Part shown: positions 25,490 through 38,302 of the stretch, piece by piece
How the letters are laid out: the number at the start of each line of letters is the position of its first letter
Numbering within the stretch: position 1 is the stretch's first letter
Source of the DNA: Narcine bancroftii
Lineage: Eukaryota
Assembly: GCF_036971445.1 (NCBI RefSeq)
Contig: NC_091470.1
Coordinates: 159,340,001-159,404,000, forward strand
Length of the DNA stretch: 64,000 bases
Reading direction: 5' to 3'
Made by a program: the position numbers and the translations under genes
The notes under the pieces: model-generated
Database searches by the model: none
The model's input: only the letters and a program-made list of their open reading frames with translations
Told to the model about the DNA's origin: nothing

Positions 25490-25719
25490 CACAGCAAACC
25501 GGAAGTAGTCCGGCTGGAAAACAATTCCGGGTAGAAATATACACACGAAAACAAAATCACCAATTGCTTTAAATCCAAACTCGGTAGCTCAAAAAGATAG
25601 GGGTATATTTCCCAGCCCACGTAGCACAGCACAGCTGAGGGCGCGCGTCAGGCTCAGACAGTGACGTCGTTTGCCGGGGCCATTTAGGAAAGGACCCTGG
25701 GCGACTTCCTGTCGGGACC
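25490..25719 (+). promoter_or_regulatory. UTP3 CpG-rich promoter and 5' UTR
   Basis: ETS-type CCGGAAGT (25499-25506), CRE-like TGACGTC (25662-25668) and ACTTCCTG (25704-25711) directly upstream of gaccATG. Confidence 0.6.
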
Positions 25720-25727
25720 ATGCGTCG
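25720..25727 (+). CDS. UTP3: UTP3 exon 1 (ATG CGT CG)
   Basis: accATG context and gtaaga donor; phase 2 fits exon 2. Confidence 0.75.
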
Positions 25728-26059
25728 GTAAGAAACTGTGTGGTAATTAGGGGAAAGGGGTACTGATCCGGAGAGAGTGGGGACTATAGATATGGGTTCT
25801 TCCCCCAGAAGTGGGGGTACGGTTCAGGTCGGAGAGAGACTTCTGGTGGTGTTGCGGCGAGGAGATCGAACGCCTTCGGCCTCAGCGACCCAACTGGGTC
25901 AACCAAGGAACCAAGCGGCCTGTTTGTGTTTGGTGTGATCCCACAAACCTGAGCTGAATTTGGCCAGGTCACTGTTTTACGAGAATATCTACTTCCCTGC
26001 TTGCTCGACTTTAAATGTCCCATCTTCTTTCTTTCTGTGGATGCTGAGTCCCCTCGTGG

Positions 26060-26395
26060 ATCCGGCCCGTCGATCCTGCTTCACCACTCAATGGGATCTT
26101 GGCTGATCTGATGATGGGCTCATCTCCACCTTTTCCCATGTCCCTTAATTCCCCTACTATGTAGAAATCAATCCAACCTTGTCTTAAGTGCATTTATTGA
26201 AGTCAGGGGGTACCAAATTCCACAGATTCTCCGCCCTCTAGGAAAAGCAGTTCCTCCTCGTCTCCATCCTAAATCTACTATCCTGGATCTTGAGGCTGTG
26301 TTCCCGAGTTCTAGTCTCCCCCACCAATACCTACTTCATCCATGTCTTTCATAATTTTATGCATTTCTATATGATCCCCTCTCATTCTTCTAAAT
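26060..26395 (-). mobile_element. CR1-like 3' fragment
   Basis: Decayed homology to the CR1 ORF2 C-terminus (gaggaactgcttttcc…agaatctgtggaat). Confidence 0.6.
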
Positions 26396-26687
26396 TATCT
26401 GTAAAGTAAATTTTAGGTTCTTTAATTGGATGCTGTAGCATAAAAGTACTCATCAGGCATTAATAAACCTACTAAAGACTTTATTCTGTAAATTGCTGTT
26501 TGGTCTGCTAATAATGGTGTAAATGGGTGCAAAATTCTGTATAAAATACATTAGGATAGAAATCAACTGTATCATATTGTGTAAAGGAAGAACAGATTGT
26601 TATCAACTTCTGTTATTCTTATGAAACTCCAGAATTAATCACTTAAGCGTGATATAGTTACATTTTCAATTATTGGCTACTTTGCAG

Positions 26688-26775
26688 AACTAGTAGAAAA
26701 AGACCCAGACAGCAGAAGCTAGATGATGACAGCGATGACCCCCAGAATTACAGCAAATTACCAGGTCCAAATATT
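26688..26775 (+). CDS. UTP3: UTP3 exon 2
   Basis: tttgcag|…|gtgagt; TSRKRPRQQKLDDDSDDPQNYSKLPGPNI. Confidence 0.82.
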
Positions 26776-27345
26776 GTGAGTATTAAAAAGGAACATGTAT
26801 GGTAATTCTTTATTACTCACAGCAGATTATGATTGGCCGGAACATGACATTGGGCTTGTATGTGGAAGCATTCGATTTGATTAACTCTGGTTCAGCTATG
26901 GATTTCAGTCAAAGATTTCATGACTTTAAGCATGCATAAGCTATGAGACTGTAAATCATGGGCACATCTTTTATAGCAAAGCTTTTTGCACCAGATGGAA
27001 ACTATGCATTTTGCTCTGCTGATGTTATTTTTGTCCACTTCTCTTTTCAATACTCCTTTCCATTGGTTATTTTATGATTGAAACAATTTATTGAAGCATT
27101 TCTAACTAGATTGGAGATATTTAAATACCTCATTGACCTCTACAAAAGCAAAATGGCTTTGGTTTTCATTATTGCCTGAAATCTTTTTATTATTTGTTTC
27201 TTGTAATGGTCTCATACTTGTCCTTTCAAATAGTCCAGATAACATATAATTTAAAAGAACCTTCAAACTTCCCACCCTCGTAATAAGATTTTGTCAAAAG
27301 CAATATAGCCATTTACTGCTTGTGTTCCAGCAGTCTCTAAATAAT

Positions 27346-27550
27346 GCGGCACGGTTGGCAGCGCCTTTACACCGCCAGTGATAAGGACCGGTGTTCGAAA
27401 CTCGTGCTGTCTGCAGGGAGTCTGTGTGGGTTTTCCTTGGGGGGGGGGCTCCGGTTTCCTCCCAACGTTCGAAACGTACCAGAGATGTAGGTGAATTGGG
27501 TTGCAAGGACTCGTGGGCTGAAATGGCCTGTTACTGTGCTGTATGTCTAT
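27346..27550 (+). mobile_element. tRNA-derived SINE (V-SINE-like)
   Basis: ggcacggttgg…gtgttcgaaac, ctccggtttcctccca core, and tail gggctgaaatggcctgttactgtgctgtat. Confidence 0.65.
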
Positions 27551-28005
27551 ATTAATTTACATTTTTTAACAAAAAAAATTAATTCAAAAAACTTGTATTT
27601 TATTAATTTATGTGATCCTGTTTTTATTAAGAGCCCAAAAGCAAGAAAGTTGTGCTCGTTAACCTTCACTTCCGATACTATTCAGTTTTAAGTATACTAA
27701 AGGATGTCAAATTTTTAGAGCTAAAAGAAAAAATGTCAGAAAGTACTAAGAATAAAGAAATTCATAAAATATAGATGTCCTTGTAGCAGAATTCAAAAAT
27801 TTGATTTAAAAAAAAACGAAAATTACTGATTTAGATGTGAAGAAGAGACTATCGGAGAACAGTTAGATAGAATGAAAATATGATTGACGATATAATGCAA
27901 ATGAAGTGATATCTTCAATGGTGGGTTCTTGATGACTACACTACAGGGTGTTTGAAGTGGGTTCATTAATGATTTTGAAATGGGGAATGAATAAGCACTT
28001 TAAAG

Positions 28006-28353
28006 CAGTGGTTCTCAACCTTTTTCTTTCCACTCAGAAACCACTTTAAGTAATCCCTATGCCACAGGTGATCTGCGATTAGTGAGGGATTGCTTAAGGT
28101 GGTATGTGGGTGGACAGAAAAAGTTTGAAAACCCCTGTTTTAATCGTACCTCATTGACTCGTTATGTGCACGGTTTCATACCTCCAAAGGAAATGAGCCA
28201 ACGACAATTTTTCTCAAGCAAAATATTTCAGTAACAATTGGGTCTAGAGCAGTGATTCTCAACTTCCCTTCCCATTCACATCCCACCTTAAGCCATCCCT
28301 TTCTAATAACATAAGAGGTATGTGAGTGGAAAGAGAAAGGTTGAGAACCACTG
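28006..28353. mobile_element. hAT (Charlie-like) MITE
   Basis: TIR cagtggttctcaacc…ggttgagaaccactg; perfect 8-bp TSD ctttaaag. Confidence 0.92.
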
Positions 28354-28803
28354 CTTTAAAGGATAAAATTATCAGGGAGTTTGATAGGTGTAGTAAAGTC
28401 AATCGAAAAGAGGAACAGAAAGCTATAAAGTTTCTGGTAACTGAGGATTGTTTAGCATCTGCAGTTTTTTCATAGGAAAGTGGATTTTGGGTGCAGCAAA
28501 ACAGAAACTTTTCATTAATGTCCCTTTAATCATATTTTTAATGTAAGGGGCACAAGTGTATTTTTTATGGAGAGATGCCAGAAAACATTTTTGCAAAATA
28601 CATTGGCAAATATGATGAGATCATGTATTTAGGAACTTGGTGCAAGTCTCTTAAATTTTTAATCACTGGTTCCATGGCAGTGGATAATCTGATGTCCAGA
28701 TTCTGTAAATTAACAAAGTTTCTGAAATTCTGATGCTGAACTGTTAAGTAGCCAAGGAGCAGTTGTGTTTCATCTAAAGGAACTTGTTTTTTTTTTCTTG
28801 TAG

Positions 28804-28860
28804 AATTCCTCAGAATATTATAATGATGATGTTGATGAATTTCATGAAAAGAAATTTAAG
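28804..28860 (+). CDS. UTP3: UTP3 exon 3
   Basis: ttgtag|…|gtgagt; NSSEYYNDDVDEFHEKKFK. Confidence 0.9.
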
Positions 28861-28934
28861 GTGAGTGTGAGAAACTACATTAATCTATAAACTTGCAGCA
28901 TCAAACAAAAATAACCCTGACTGAAATCAAAGTC

Positions 28935-30610
28935 AGAATTTGCTGTTTTTGCAAATTTGCTGTCTTGTGGCAGAATCACAAAAAACTATCATTAAATAAA
29001 TAAATAGATCGATAAATAAATAGTGCGTGAAAAGTAAGGCAGTGCCTTTGGTTCCTTGATCAGGAATCTGATGGCAGAGGGGAAGAAGCTGTCCTTGTGC
29101 TGCTAAGTGCTCATCTTTAGGCTCCTGTACCTTTTTCCTGATGGTAGCAGAATGAAGAGGGCATGGCCTAGATGGTGGGGGTCCTTGAGGATAGAGACTG
29201 CTTTTTTAAGACATCGCCTCTTGTAGATGACCTCAATGGAGTGAAGTCTGGTGCCTGTGATGTCACAGGCCAAGTTAACAACCCTCTGGAGGTTTTCCTG
29301 ACTGAGCATTGGCACCTCCATACCTGTGCACTTCTGCACCTGTAGAAGTTTTCAAGAGCCTTTGGTGACACATCGAATCTCCTCAAACTCTTTCATAAAT
29401 AGTAGCTGCTGGTGGAGATTCTTCATTATTGCATCAACATGGAGACTCCAGAACAGATCCTCAGAGACGTTGACACCCAGAAATTTGAAGTTCTTGACCT
29501 CCACTACTGAGCCCTCAATGAGGACTGGGTCATGTTCTCCTAACTTCCTCCTGAAGTCAACAATTATCTTCTTGGTTTTGCTAACTTTGAGCACAAGGTT
29601 GCTGTCGTGACACCACTCAACAAGCTGGTCTCTCTCCCTCCTGGACGCTTCCTCAATGCCTTTTGTGATTCTGCCAACAACTCTGGGGTCATCGGCAAAT
29701 TTGTAGATAGCATTGGAATTGTGCCTGGCCACTTAGTCATGGGTGTATAGTGAGTAGAGCAATGGACTAAGTATCCTTGAGGTGCACCTGTGTTGATAAT
29801 CAGTGAAGTGGAGACGTTTCTAATTTCTCCTGACTGTGATCTTGTAACATAACATAACATAACAATTACAGCAGCAAGGAAACAGGCCATTAGGCCCTTC
29901 TAGTCCGCACTGAACCAAACACCCCTTTCTAGTCCCACCTCCCTGCACAATGCCCATAACCCTCCATCTTCTTCTCATCCATATACCTGTCCAACCTTTT
30001 CTTAAATAATACAATTGACTCCGCCGCCACTATTTCTCCCGGAAGATCATTCCACACGGCTACCACTCTCTGAGTAAAGAAGTTCCCCCCCATGTTATCT
30101 CTAAACCTCTGCCCCTTAATTGATGGGGAAATCAAGGATCTTGTTGCAGAAGGAGGTGCAGAGGCCTAGAGTTTGTAGCTTCTTGACCAGCACTGAGCAA
30201 ATAATGGTGTTGAAGGCTAAGCCGTATGTATGAGTTGCTGCTTTCGAGTTGATCCAGAGCTGAGTGGAGAGAGCCAGCGATATTGCATCTGCTGTGGAGC
30301 AATTGTAAAGATAGGTGAATTGCAGTGGGTCCAGACCTTTCCTTAGGTACATGCTAATTATGGCCATGACCAGCCTCTCAAAAGCATTTAATCACAGTAG
30401 TTGAGGCAACTCACTCTACTTTTCTTGGACACCAGGAGGATAATTGATGCGCTTTTGAAGGAGGTGGGAACCTCAGACTGGAGCAATGAGAGATTGAAAA
30501 TGTTTGTGAACACTCCAGCTAGTTGGTTGGCGCTGTCATGTACGCTATCATGGCCTTGCGAGGGTTCACTCTCTTGAATGATGTTCTAATGTTGTCCTCA
30601 GAGATCGATA
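28935..30610 (-). mobile_element. Rex1/Babar-like LINE fragment split by a CR1 3' fragment
   Basis: NTGAPQG, SNAIYKFADD, KTKKIIVDFRR and LLPSGKRYRS peptides. Confidence 0.85.
29845..30119 (-). mobile_element. CR1 3' fragment, same family as 6033-10500
   Basis: Near-identical to 10228-10500 (GNFFTQRVVAVWN…YGHCAGRWD) with a (TTATG)n tail. Confidence 0.92.
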
Positions 30611-31309
30611 TCACAAGGTCCTTCACCTTTGTAAGGATTCTAGGAAGCATTGTTGGGTTCTCCTTCTCTTTTTTAATTTTTTTTTAATTTTTCACACTAT
30701 GAACCATATTGACCAAAATACACACAGACATTTCACTCTTGAATATACACAGTGCCATTTTCTCCCCTTTTTTCCCCCTCCCTCACCTTGTGTCTAAGTA
30801 GTATTTGGGGTTTGATGTAGGTAAATTTGAAGTTCTATTGCAATGTTATTATCAAAAGTTGTTGTAATTGGAAAGTGGGAGAGTTGAATGAATCAGCTGT
30901 TTCTTCATAAAAACCAAAATTCTAGAAAAGAGAATGATGTTCAGTTACGACACATTTACAATGTAATCGCGATCGTAAATGTGAACTTTAACTAAAATTA
31001 ATTTGTGACTAACAACCTCGGGTTTGGTTTGGAGCATATTAACGATAATAAGTGAAGCACGAGAAATGTGCTGTGCATTATTTACTGATTATACAGTGTG
31101 AAACAGAGCATATGGCACCTCAAAAATACTCTATTTGGGTAATGTTGTAGAAGGAGGAACAGGAAGATGGCAATTTTTATGCAAGGTAATTTTTAAGCAA
31201 TACCAATTGCTGTTTACAAAAGCAGATTTATCAGAGGAGTCCAGAAGTTCCTTGATACTCTCGTTATAAAGCCTTTTAAATCTGGATAATCCTAAACTTT
31301 GTTTTACAG

Positions 31310-31366
31310 AAGATGCTGGCTGATGGAATAGAACAATATAATTTGAGTGAGGACTCACTGGATGAG
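31310..31366 (+). CDS. UTP3: UTP3 exon 4
   Basis: ttttacag|…|gtatgt; KMLADGIEQYNLSEDSLDE; phase 0-0. Confidence 0.8.
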
Positions 31367-33502
31367 GTATGTCCAATTTTGCTGACTGGCATAGCACTGT
31401 TATTGGGAAAGCTTCTTCATTAGTTTCTAAATTCCCTGTTGAACAAGTTTATTTAAAACAATATCCACAAGTCCTCTCATCCCATCTCTTTTAGCGGAAG
31501 CAGGAGTTCCCTGTGTAGAAAGTAATGTTATGATCTTACTGCTGGTGGAAATGTTTTAAACACTCGCCACTGGAGGGGTTACTGAAGCCAGGTGCTTGCA
31601 GCAGCTGGAACCATCACCAATATGGTAGTAAATGTATAGTAGAAAGATAATGTGTGTGACTATTAGAATTCCCCGACTGTTACTTCAAAATAGCAACATG
31701 GAATCTTTTTTTTTCTGTCTTTTGCAAAGCCAGACAAAGCTTTGTTTAACATGTTAACTAGTAGCGTAGATTTAAATGCTTGTCTCTGTGGAGGTTTTGG
31801 ACCACACTTGCCTCAGTGGCTCTGAAAGGCACTTAAAAATACTCAAACTATCAACAGAGGTCTTGATTAGACTCGACTAGATAAAAGTTAATATGGAACT
31901 TGAATTATCTCTGTGACCCCTTTCTCCGTGCAGGTCCTGCTCCTGTTTGTTCTTGGCAGGTTGTAATGTGCACGTAATGCAGCAAATACATTCTCTAGAG
32001 ATCCATTTTTGCCTGATGACAAATAAGATGTACTGTATTTTGACGCATATAACGTACGCGTACTAGGCCCACATGTGTGTCATGTGTGTGTCTGCACGCG
32101 CTATATGTGAATATTTTTACATGTTTAAAAAACACACAATTTATAGCGGGCGTGAGAAAGTCGCACCGGCAATTTATAGCGAGATTATGAATGAACACAC
32201 AATTTAAAGCCGGCATGGGAATTAGGTAAATACAAAATGGCAAAATTAAAATTTTGATTTGGCCTGAGTATTCTAAGAAACAGGACATTCTGGCTTGGAC
32301 ACTGCATCTTATCAGTGTTGATTGCCTAGACATGTCCCTTGAGAGAGGAGATTAACTTGTCAAGTGTCTCTGATCTGAGACAACATGAGGATGATTCTGT
32401 TCTATGGCATCAGTTTAATCATCCTCATTACATCAAATCAAAACTATAAATTTCTCATTTGCACACTATTTTTAACAAGATCATGTTTCTTTTAAAGAAA
32501 GGCGTTTTAAATCATGTCAAAATTAAAATCCTGCTGAACTCTGAAGCCTGTCTTCAATCTATTTAATTAATTCCTCTCCAAAGCTTGTTAATGTGTTGCA
32601 AGAGGATATTATCTATATAATGGGCAATTGACACCTCTGGGGTAAGTTGAATGGGCATACATTGTGGGAGATTTACTGTGGCAAATAGCGGGAATGTGTT
32701 TTATCTCCTGTCCCAAGTAAATGCAAATTGCTCTTGTGAGTTGAAATGTAGAATACTACACCCACATGGTATTTGCGTGTGCGTTATATGAGTGAAAATA
32801 TGGAAATAACATTTTTACTTTATTCTACTTTATCTGCTGTAGCCAGCTCAATGTGCCATGTAAAGTCTTTTTACCTTACCTGCCTTAAAATCAGTTCATG
32901 TGTTTTATTTGTCTATCACAGTATCTTAATCATTTTCTTTTGGCATACATCCATGTTTTTATTTCAATGGGATGTATCATCACCCAACAACATGGCGTCC
33001 CATTGGTTCTCCCTAAGTCCTGCAGGGATATTGCTGTCTTTTAACATTGATATCTAGCCCTACCATGTACGTTAACAATCTTGATATCACTGCTTATTAA
33101 TTTGCCTCTGATTTATTATTCTATACTCCTGAGGGCCCTGAATGTTCATTTTATTTGAGGCTGCTTTCAATAGATTTTTGCTATTTAACCTATCAGTGGT
33201 TAATGAGAGCTCGGGTAAACCAGCAACAATATTGAATGGAAGAGGTGGCCCAAAGGGTTATATGGAATTCTTTTGTTCATAATGTTCACCTGCTTTTCTC
33301 CTGGTCTTTTCAGTTTTGATGATGGCTTTTACTGTGGAAGTTGGTGCTTCACTAAAATTTTTTTTTAAAAAACAACCATGAACTCTTGAGATTGATACTG
33401 TTGAGTTGCATATCTCTTTATTTCCCTTCAGTGGTCATGCAAGACAGAAATTGATGTGGATCAATGATCATTTCTGACGACTTAGTGTGTCATTTCAAAC
33501 AG

Positions 33503-33635
33503 GAAGAGGTGATGCCCCTGGAGCTTCCTGATTCAGATGAAGAGGCTGACGAGGATGAGGGGGAAGAAGGCGAGGAAGATGAAGACGAGGAAGAGATTGA
33601 CATGGATAGTGACCTTGAGAGCAAATCAGACGACG
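33503..33635 (+). CDS. UTP3: UTP3 exon 5 (acidic)
   Basis: aaacag|GAA…G|gtcagc; EEVMPLELPDSDEE…SKSDD. Confidence 0.88.
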
Positions 33636-33759
33636 GTCAGCCCAGGGCTGTGGGTTACTGAATTTTGTATAATGCATGAGATTTTTTTTTTCATTCCCAA
33701 GCCCACCCAAAGACCTTTGCAGAGAATTGGGGGGAAAGAAAGACTTGCTATGTTGCATA

Positions 33760-34203
33760 CAGATGGTCCCCGTTGTGTCTTAATTCCGTCTGACCGACTG
33801 GTCGGATCTCGAAATGGACGCAGATGTATGTGACTCCAGGCGGACACGTTCTTAAACTGGAACTGCGGCACTTTGTCCACAGCCCAGCCTGTCTGGCATT
33901 GGAAAGACCCATTGTCCACCATCACTGGCACTTGGCCTGCATTCACCTCTTGCCCCCCCCACCTCAAACACCGGACCCAGAAATAGAACACATTCGGTGG
34001 CAGGTGAATCTCGGCGCCCTCCCGGCCTGTGGCTGCCACCGTGTTGGCCCGTCAAAATAAACAACCCCTGGATCCCCAGGACCTGATGCCTAATTTTTAT
34101 ATTTACATATATTTCTTCTTTATTTTTAAAAATTTATAGTTTTTTTTCCACTCGTATGTATGGATGGTCGTAAGTGGCATTGGTCGTAAGTAAGGACCAC
34201 CTG
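33760..34203. mobile_element. Tc1/mariner-pogo-like MITE
   Basis: Imperfect TIR cagatggtcc…ggaccacctg flanked by TA on both sides. Confidence 0.55.
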
Positions 34204-34295
34204 TACACATCAGCATTGATTGAGAACAGTTGATATAAGAAGTTGCTAGGGGAAATGGTGAATTAATTTAAGTTGCTTCACTTTTTCTTTTACAG

Positions 34296-34370
34296 ACCTC
34301 CCCAGCGCATTGGCCTGGGGGCAGAAGAAGAAATCGTATTACGATACTGACTATGATGACGACCTTCCTC
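34296..34370 (+). CDS. UTP3: UTP3 exon 6
   Basis: tttacag|…|gtaagt; DLPSALAWGQKKKSYYDTDYDDDLP. Confidence 0.93.
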
Positions 34371-34624
34371 GTAAGTTCTATAACTTACCATCTTGTTCTA
34401 TCTTCAAAGGGGGAGGTCAACCTATTTCTTCCTTGTGTTGAGTCCATAAAGGAAGTTCTGATTTTGAACCTAAAGAGCACTTGTTCCTTTCCTTGGAATT
34501 AAACCCCAAAAAAATGTTGAATGTAAAGCAAACCAGTTATATATGGGAGAGTAAGTGGATTGGTGTTTTGGGTGGGAATATCTTTGTCAGAAGTGAAGAT
34601 ACTGAAGTCTTTGGATATGCAGTT

Positions 34625-34818
34625 CTGTGGTCACCCAATTGATCTACAACCCCCATATGTTTTGAAGGGTGGGAGAAAACCGGAGCCCCCAGAAAACCCA
34701 TGCATACACGGGGAGAATGTACAAACTCCTTACAGACAGCGCAAGTCTTGAACCCCAGTCCCAGTAGCTGGCATTGTAACAGCGTTGTACTAACCACTCT
34801 GCTGACCGTGCCACCCCT
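34625..34818 (-). mobile_element. tRNA-derived SINE (V-SINE-like)
   Basis: Reverse complement reads gggtggcacggtcagc…ggggttcaagact; same family as 990-1220. Confidence 0.65.
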
Positions 34819-35574
34819 ATATTATATCTTCTACCCATTTGAAGCTAGTTAATGGATCCTGGAGTATTTCAAAACTTATCAGGGGTTGGCAGGTTTTATA
34901 TTGGTCGTTCACTGGTAGCACCAGAGAAATGTCGATAAAGGGCAAGGTGTGTTTTGGTGCACATTTCTCTACCTATCAGTCTGTCTGTTCTTATTGTATT
35001 CTGTAGCTGTTAACTCAGTATTCAGAAGATACTTTGTGCTTCCATTACTATTTCAGGATGTTTTTTTTCCTCCAAGAATTCTGTCTAGACATTTGTATCA
35101 TAATCAGACATCCAAGCTTTCAATTATTGAAACATGGGATCATTTGTGAAAATGGAGCTTCTTTATTTCCAACACTCTGTGCCTTATTTCTGTGCTTTTC
35201 CATTAAGGCAATACAAATCTATCTAAATTACAACACATTCTAGCCATTGACGCACAAATTTAGATGCCTAAATATTGGGTCTGACTTGCAACCAGATCTT
35301 TGAACCAATAGATATTTGCATTGGATGCACTTGCATAGCACTGTTGTTTTCATTTGCTTGTAAGCTACCTTGTTCCTGGGTGGCATGCTTGTACCTCATC
35401 CGAATTCACTATCTTTGATCAGGGAGATGTGTGGATGCAGTAGTATAAACATTTTTTAAATTTCTTCCCTTTTAACGTGAAAATTCTCTTGAAAGTATAG
35501 CCTCTTGCACTTGTTTATGTCACCAAATTTGAGTATTCACAGGGGTGTGCAAGGAAGTATAAGAATTTAATGTG

Positions 35575-36320
35575 GGAGAAGGAAAACCAGTAGTGTATGA
35601 TCCAGTGTTCATTGGGGGATCAGAGATGGAGACAGTGGGCAAATTTAAATTCCTGGAGTCAGCAGACCTTTCCTCCACCCAACATTCTAATGCCTTCATG
35701 AAGAAAGCACCTTGGTGCCTCAACTTCTTCAGGAATGTGTGGAGGTTCCCTATGTCATCGGAAACCTTGGCAAAGCTCTACAGATATGTAGTGGAAAGTG
35801 TGCTGACCGGTTTCCTCATGGCCTGGTATGGGAACACCAATACCTCTGAACGGAAAGCCCAGCAAAAGGTAGTAGACACAGCCCAGTACATCACAGGCAT
35901 AACTATCCCCACCATTGAGAAAATCTACATGGAGTACTGCTGTCAATCATCAAGGATCCACACCATCCAGGACCTGCTCTGTTCTCGCTGCTGCCATCAG
36001 GAAAGAGATGTAGGTGCCACAAAACTCACACCACCAGGTTCAAGAACAGCTGCTCCCCCTCCATAATTAGAATCCTCAACAACAAACTCAATCAGGGACT
36101 CATTTAAGGGCTCTTACTTTGCACATTATTATTAGGACTGAAGATTTTTTCACATTACCTATTCAGTTTGTTTAATCCTCTATCTTTGTTTACATTTCTC
36201 TCTTTTGTTATGTGCGTCTTTTTCTTGAGTCCAGTGTACAGTAGAAATTCTGCCTCGCCCGCAGAAAAAAAGAATCTTCGGGTTGTATGTGATGCATGTA
36301 CTCTAGCAAATGTAAACTTT
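35575..36320 (+). mobile_element. Rex1/Babar-like 3' fragment
   Basis: ETVGKFKFL…YRYVVESVLTGFLMAWYGN. Confidence 0.75.
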
Positions 36321-36363
36321 GAACTTTGGTCTGTTTCTTGACATGCTGTTTATACACTTGCAG

Positions 36364-36485
36364 GTGGAAAGAAAAAAGTAGAAGCACTGGAACAGGCTGA
36401 GGAGGAAGAAGAAGAAGCTATTAATATTCAGAAGCGGTTGGCAGAGGATCTGTCTGAGGATGACTTTGGACTCGATCTTATTCAG
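36364..36485 (+). CDS. UTP3: UTP3 exon 7
   Basis: ttgcag|…|gtcatt; EEEEEEAINIQKRLAEDLSEDDFGLDLIQ. Confidence 0.92.
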
Positions 36486-36658
36486 GTCATTAATAGGGCA
36501 CGTGGAGGTGTGAAAGAGGTGGCTCCAGATTAGTTGATAATTTATGACCAGTGAGATCAGCTGGCAGGCTTTCGTGACATCCTACTCCAACAATCCCCAG
36601 CAACTAGTACCCTGTCAACTTATTTCTGAGATAATTTAATAATGCTTCTCCTCTAGAT

Positions 36659-36997
36659 CCCAACCTTTTTCTTTCCACTCACATACCACTTTAAGTATTC
36701 CCTATGCCTTCGGTGCTCTGTGATTAAGGGATTGCTTAAGAGGGGGTATGTGGGTGGAATGAAAAAGGTTGCAAACCACTGTTTTAATTATACCTCATTG
36801 ACTTGTTATATGACTCCAAAGGAAATGGGCCAATGACAATTTGTCTTGAGGAAAATATTTCAGTAACAATTGGGTTTAGAGCAGTGATTCTCAACCTTCC
36901 CTTCCCACTCACATACCACCTTAAGCAAACAGCACCAATAGCATTGGGATGACTTAAAGTGGTATGTGAGTGGAAAGAAAAAGGTTGGGAACCACTG
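36659..36997. mobile_element. hAT MITE, second copy, left TIR clipped
   Basis: Homologous to 28006-28353; 8-bp TSD ctctagat on both sides. Confidence 0.88.
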
Positions 36998-38149
36998 CTC
37001 TAGATGGTATGTATTTTATTCACTACTAAAAATTGCATTAATTCAATGAGTTCCTGGTTCTGTGTTTGGCACATAGCCTCTTAGAAATTTGATCCCTTAG
37101 CCTAAACTTCTTAGTCAAGGGAAACATCCTCTTCACATCCACTGCAAAGAATGATGTACCCTTTCACAATGTTGCTGCTCTTTTTTTCTAAACTCTTTAA
37201 AAAGTGAAGATCCTGCTCAATTTTTTTTTCTTATTACCAGCCATCCTAGGAACCTCCTTGTTGCACCATCTAAAGAATTAGAGTTGTGTTCTAGCAGTAG
37301 CTAAAGAGAAGAACCATTGGCTGATTTTCTTCTCATTGCAGTCTTCAACCCCAATATGGTTAGCCCTCTGATTGAGATCAAATGTTGTAGTAAAGCAATA
37401 AACGTCAGTTTGAAGGCCTTTCCTATTTAGAATGTGCCTTTCTTCCATCTACTGACCATCCTATTTTTGAAAACCTTCAGAAGGTTACAGGTGAATCACG
37501 GACATGGAGAGATGGGGTATCTGAGATTGTGTTATCTTTTAATTGCAGCTGAACTATTATCATTGCATAAATTAGGTTTCTCCTCAAATCTTCTTGATGG
37601 TGTCTGAATGCCTTTGCTAAATGTTTTTAAGTTCTAGTTCTTAATGCAGAGATAAAGCTATTTTTATCTCCAAATATTTTATATACTTTAATTTTGAGCT
37701 GCAGATTCATTCTGCCAGTGAATCTTTGACTTAACAATCCCTTGAATATCTATCCAAAAGGAGGGATCTTCATTTAGCGTCCCTTTTTTCTCAACTATAA
37801 ATAGCAGGAATAAGTTCTATGCCAATGCAGTCAACTTAGTGTCTGCTGTCAGGGTAAAGGCACCTGCATTTGATTTTGATTCTTAATTTTGTTCCTTGCA
37901 TTTGATTATAGTTGCTATTTCCAACATCAATTTTCAGTCAGTATGGATTGGGCTGAATGAGGTTTGCCTGGTGGAATCTGTATTCAGTGGGAGGTAATTG
38001 ACATGCTGTCAATCCTGTAACTTTTACAGGTGCTCAGTTTGGGTGAGGATTAGAATATGGTATCATTGAGACTGCTGCTCCCCTGGATGTCTATCTCAAA
38101 GAGTTCGCTAAGAAGGATTTGATCATTGTATGGAATTCTTTCGTCACAG

Positions 38150-38302
38150 ACATTTGCCAAGGAGCAGGAAGTGGAGGCGTTAACTGGAAAGGATCTGAAA
38201 ATTACAAAAGATTTGAATAAAATGACCCGGAAAGAGAAGATGAAATTGTTGAAGAAAGAGTCACCTGAGCTTCTGGAACTAATCGAGGATTTCAAAGCAA
38301 AG
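38150..38302 (+). CDS. UTP3: UTP3 exon 8
   Basis: tcacag|…|gtgagc; TFAKE…KESPELLELIEDFKAK. Confidence 0.94.

Noticed and set aside
27346-27420. tRNA-like A/B boxes in SINE heads as tRNA genes
   Set aside because: No cloverleaf; followed by SINE core and LINE-derived tail.
28612-28692. Possible box C/D snoRNA (ATGATGA…CTGA) in UTP3 intron 2
   Set aside because: No convincing terminal stem or recognisable rRNA antisense element; a snoRNA covariance search would be needed.
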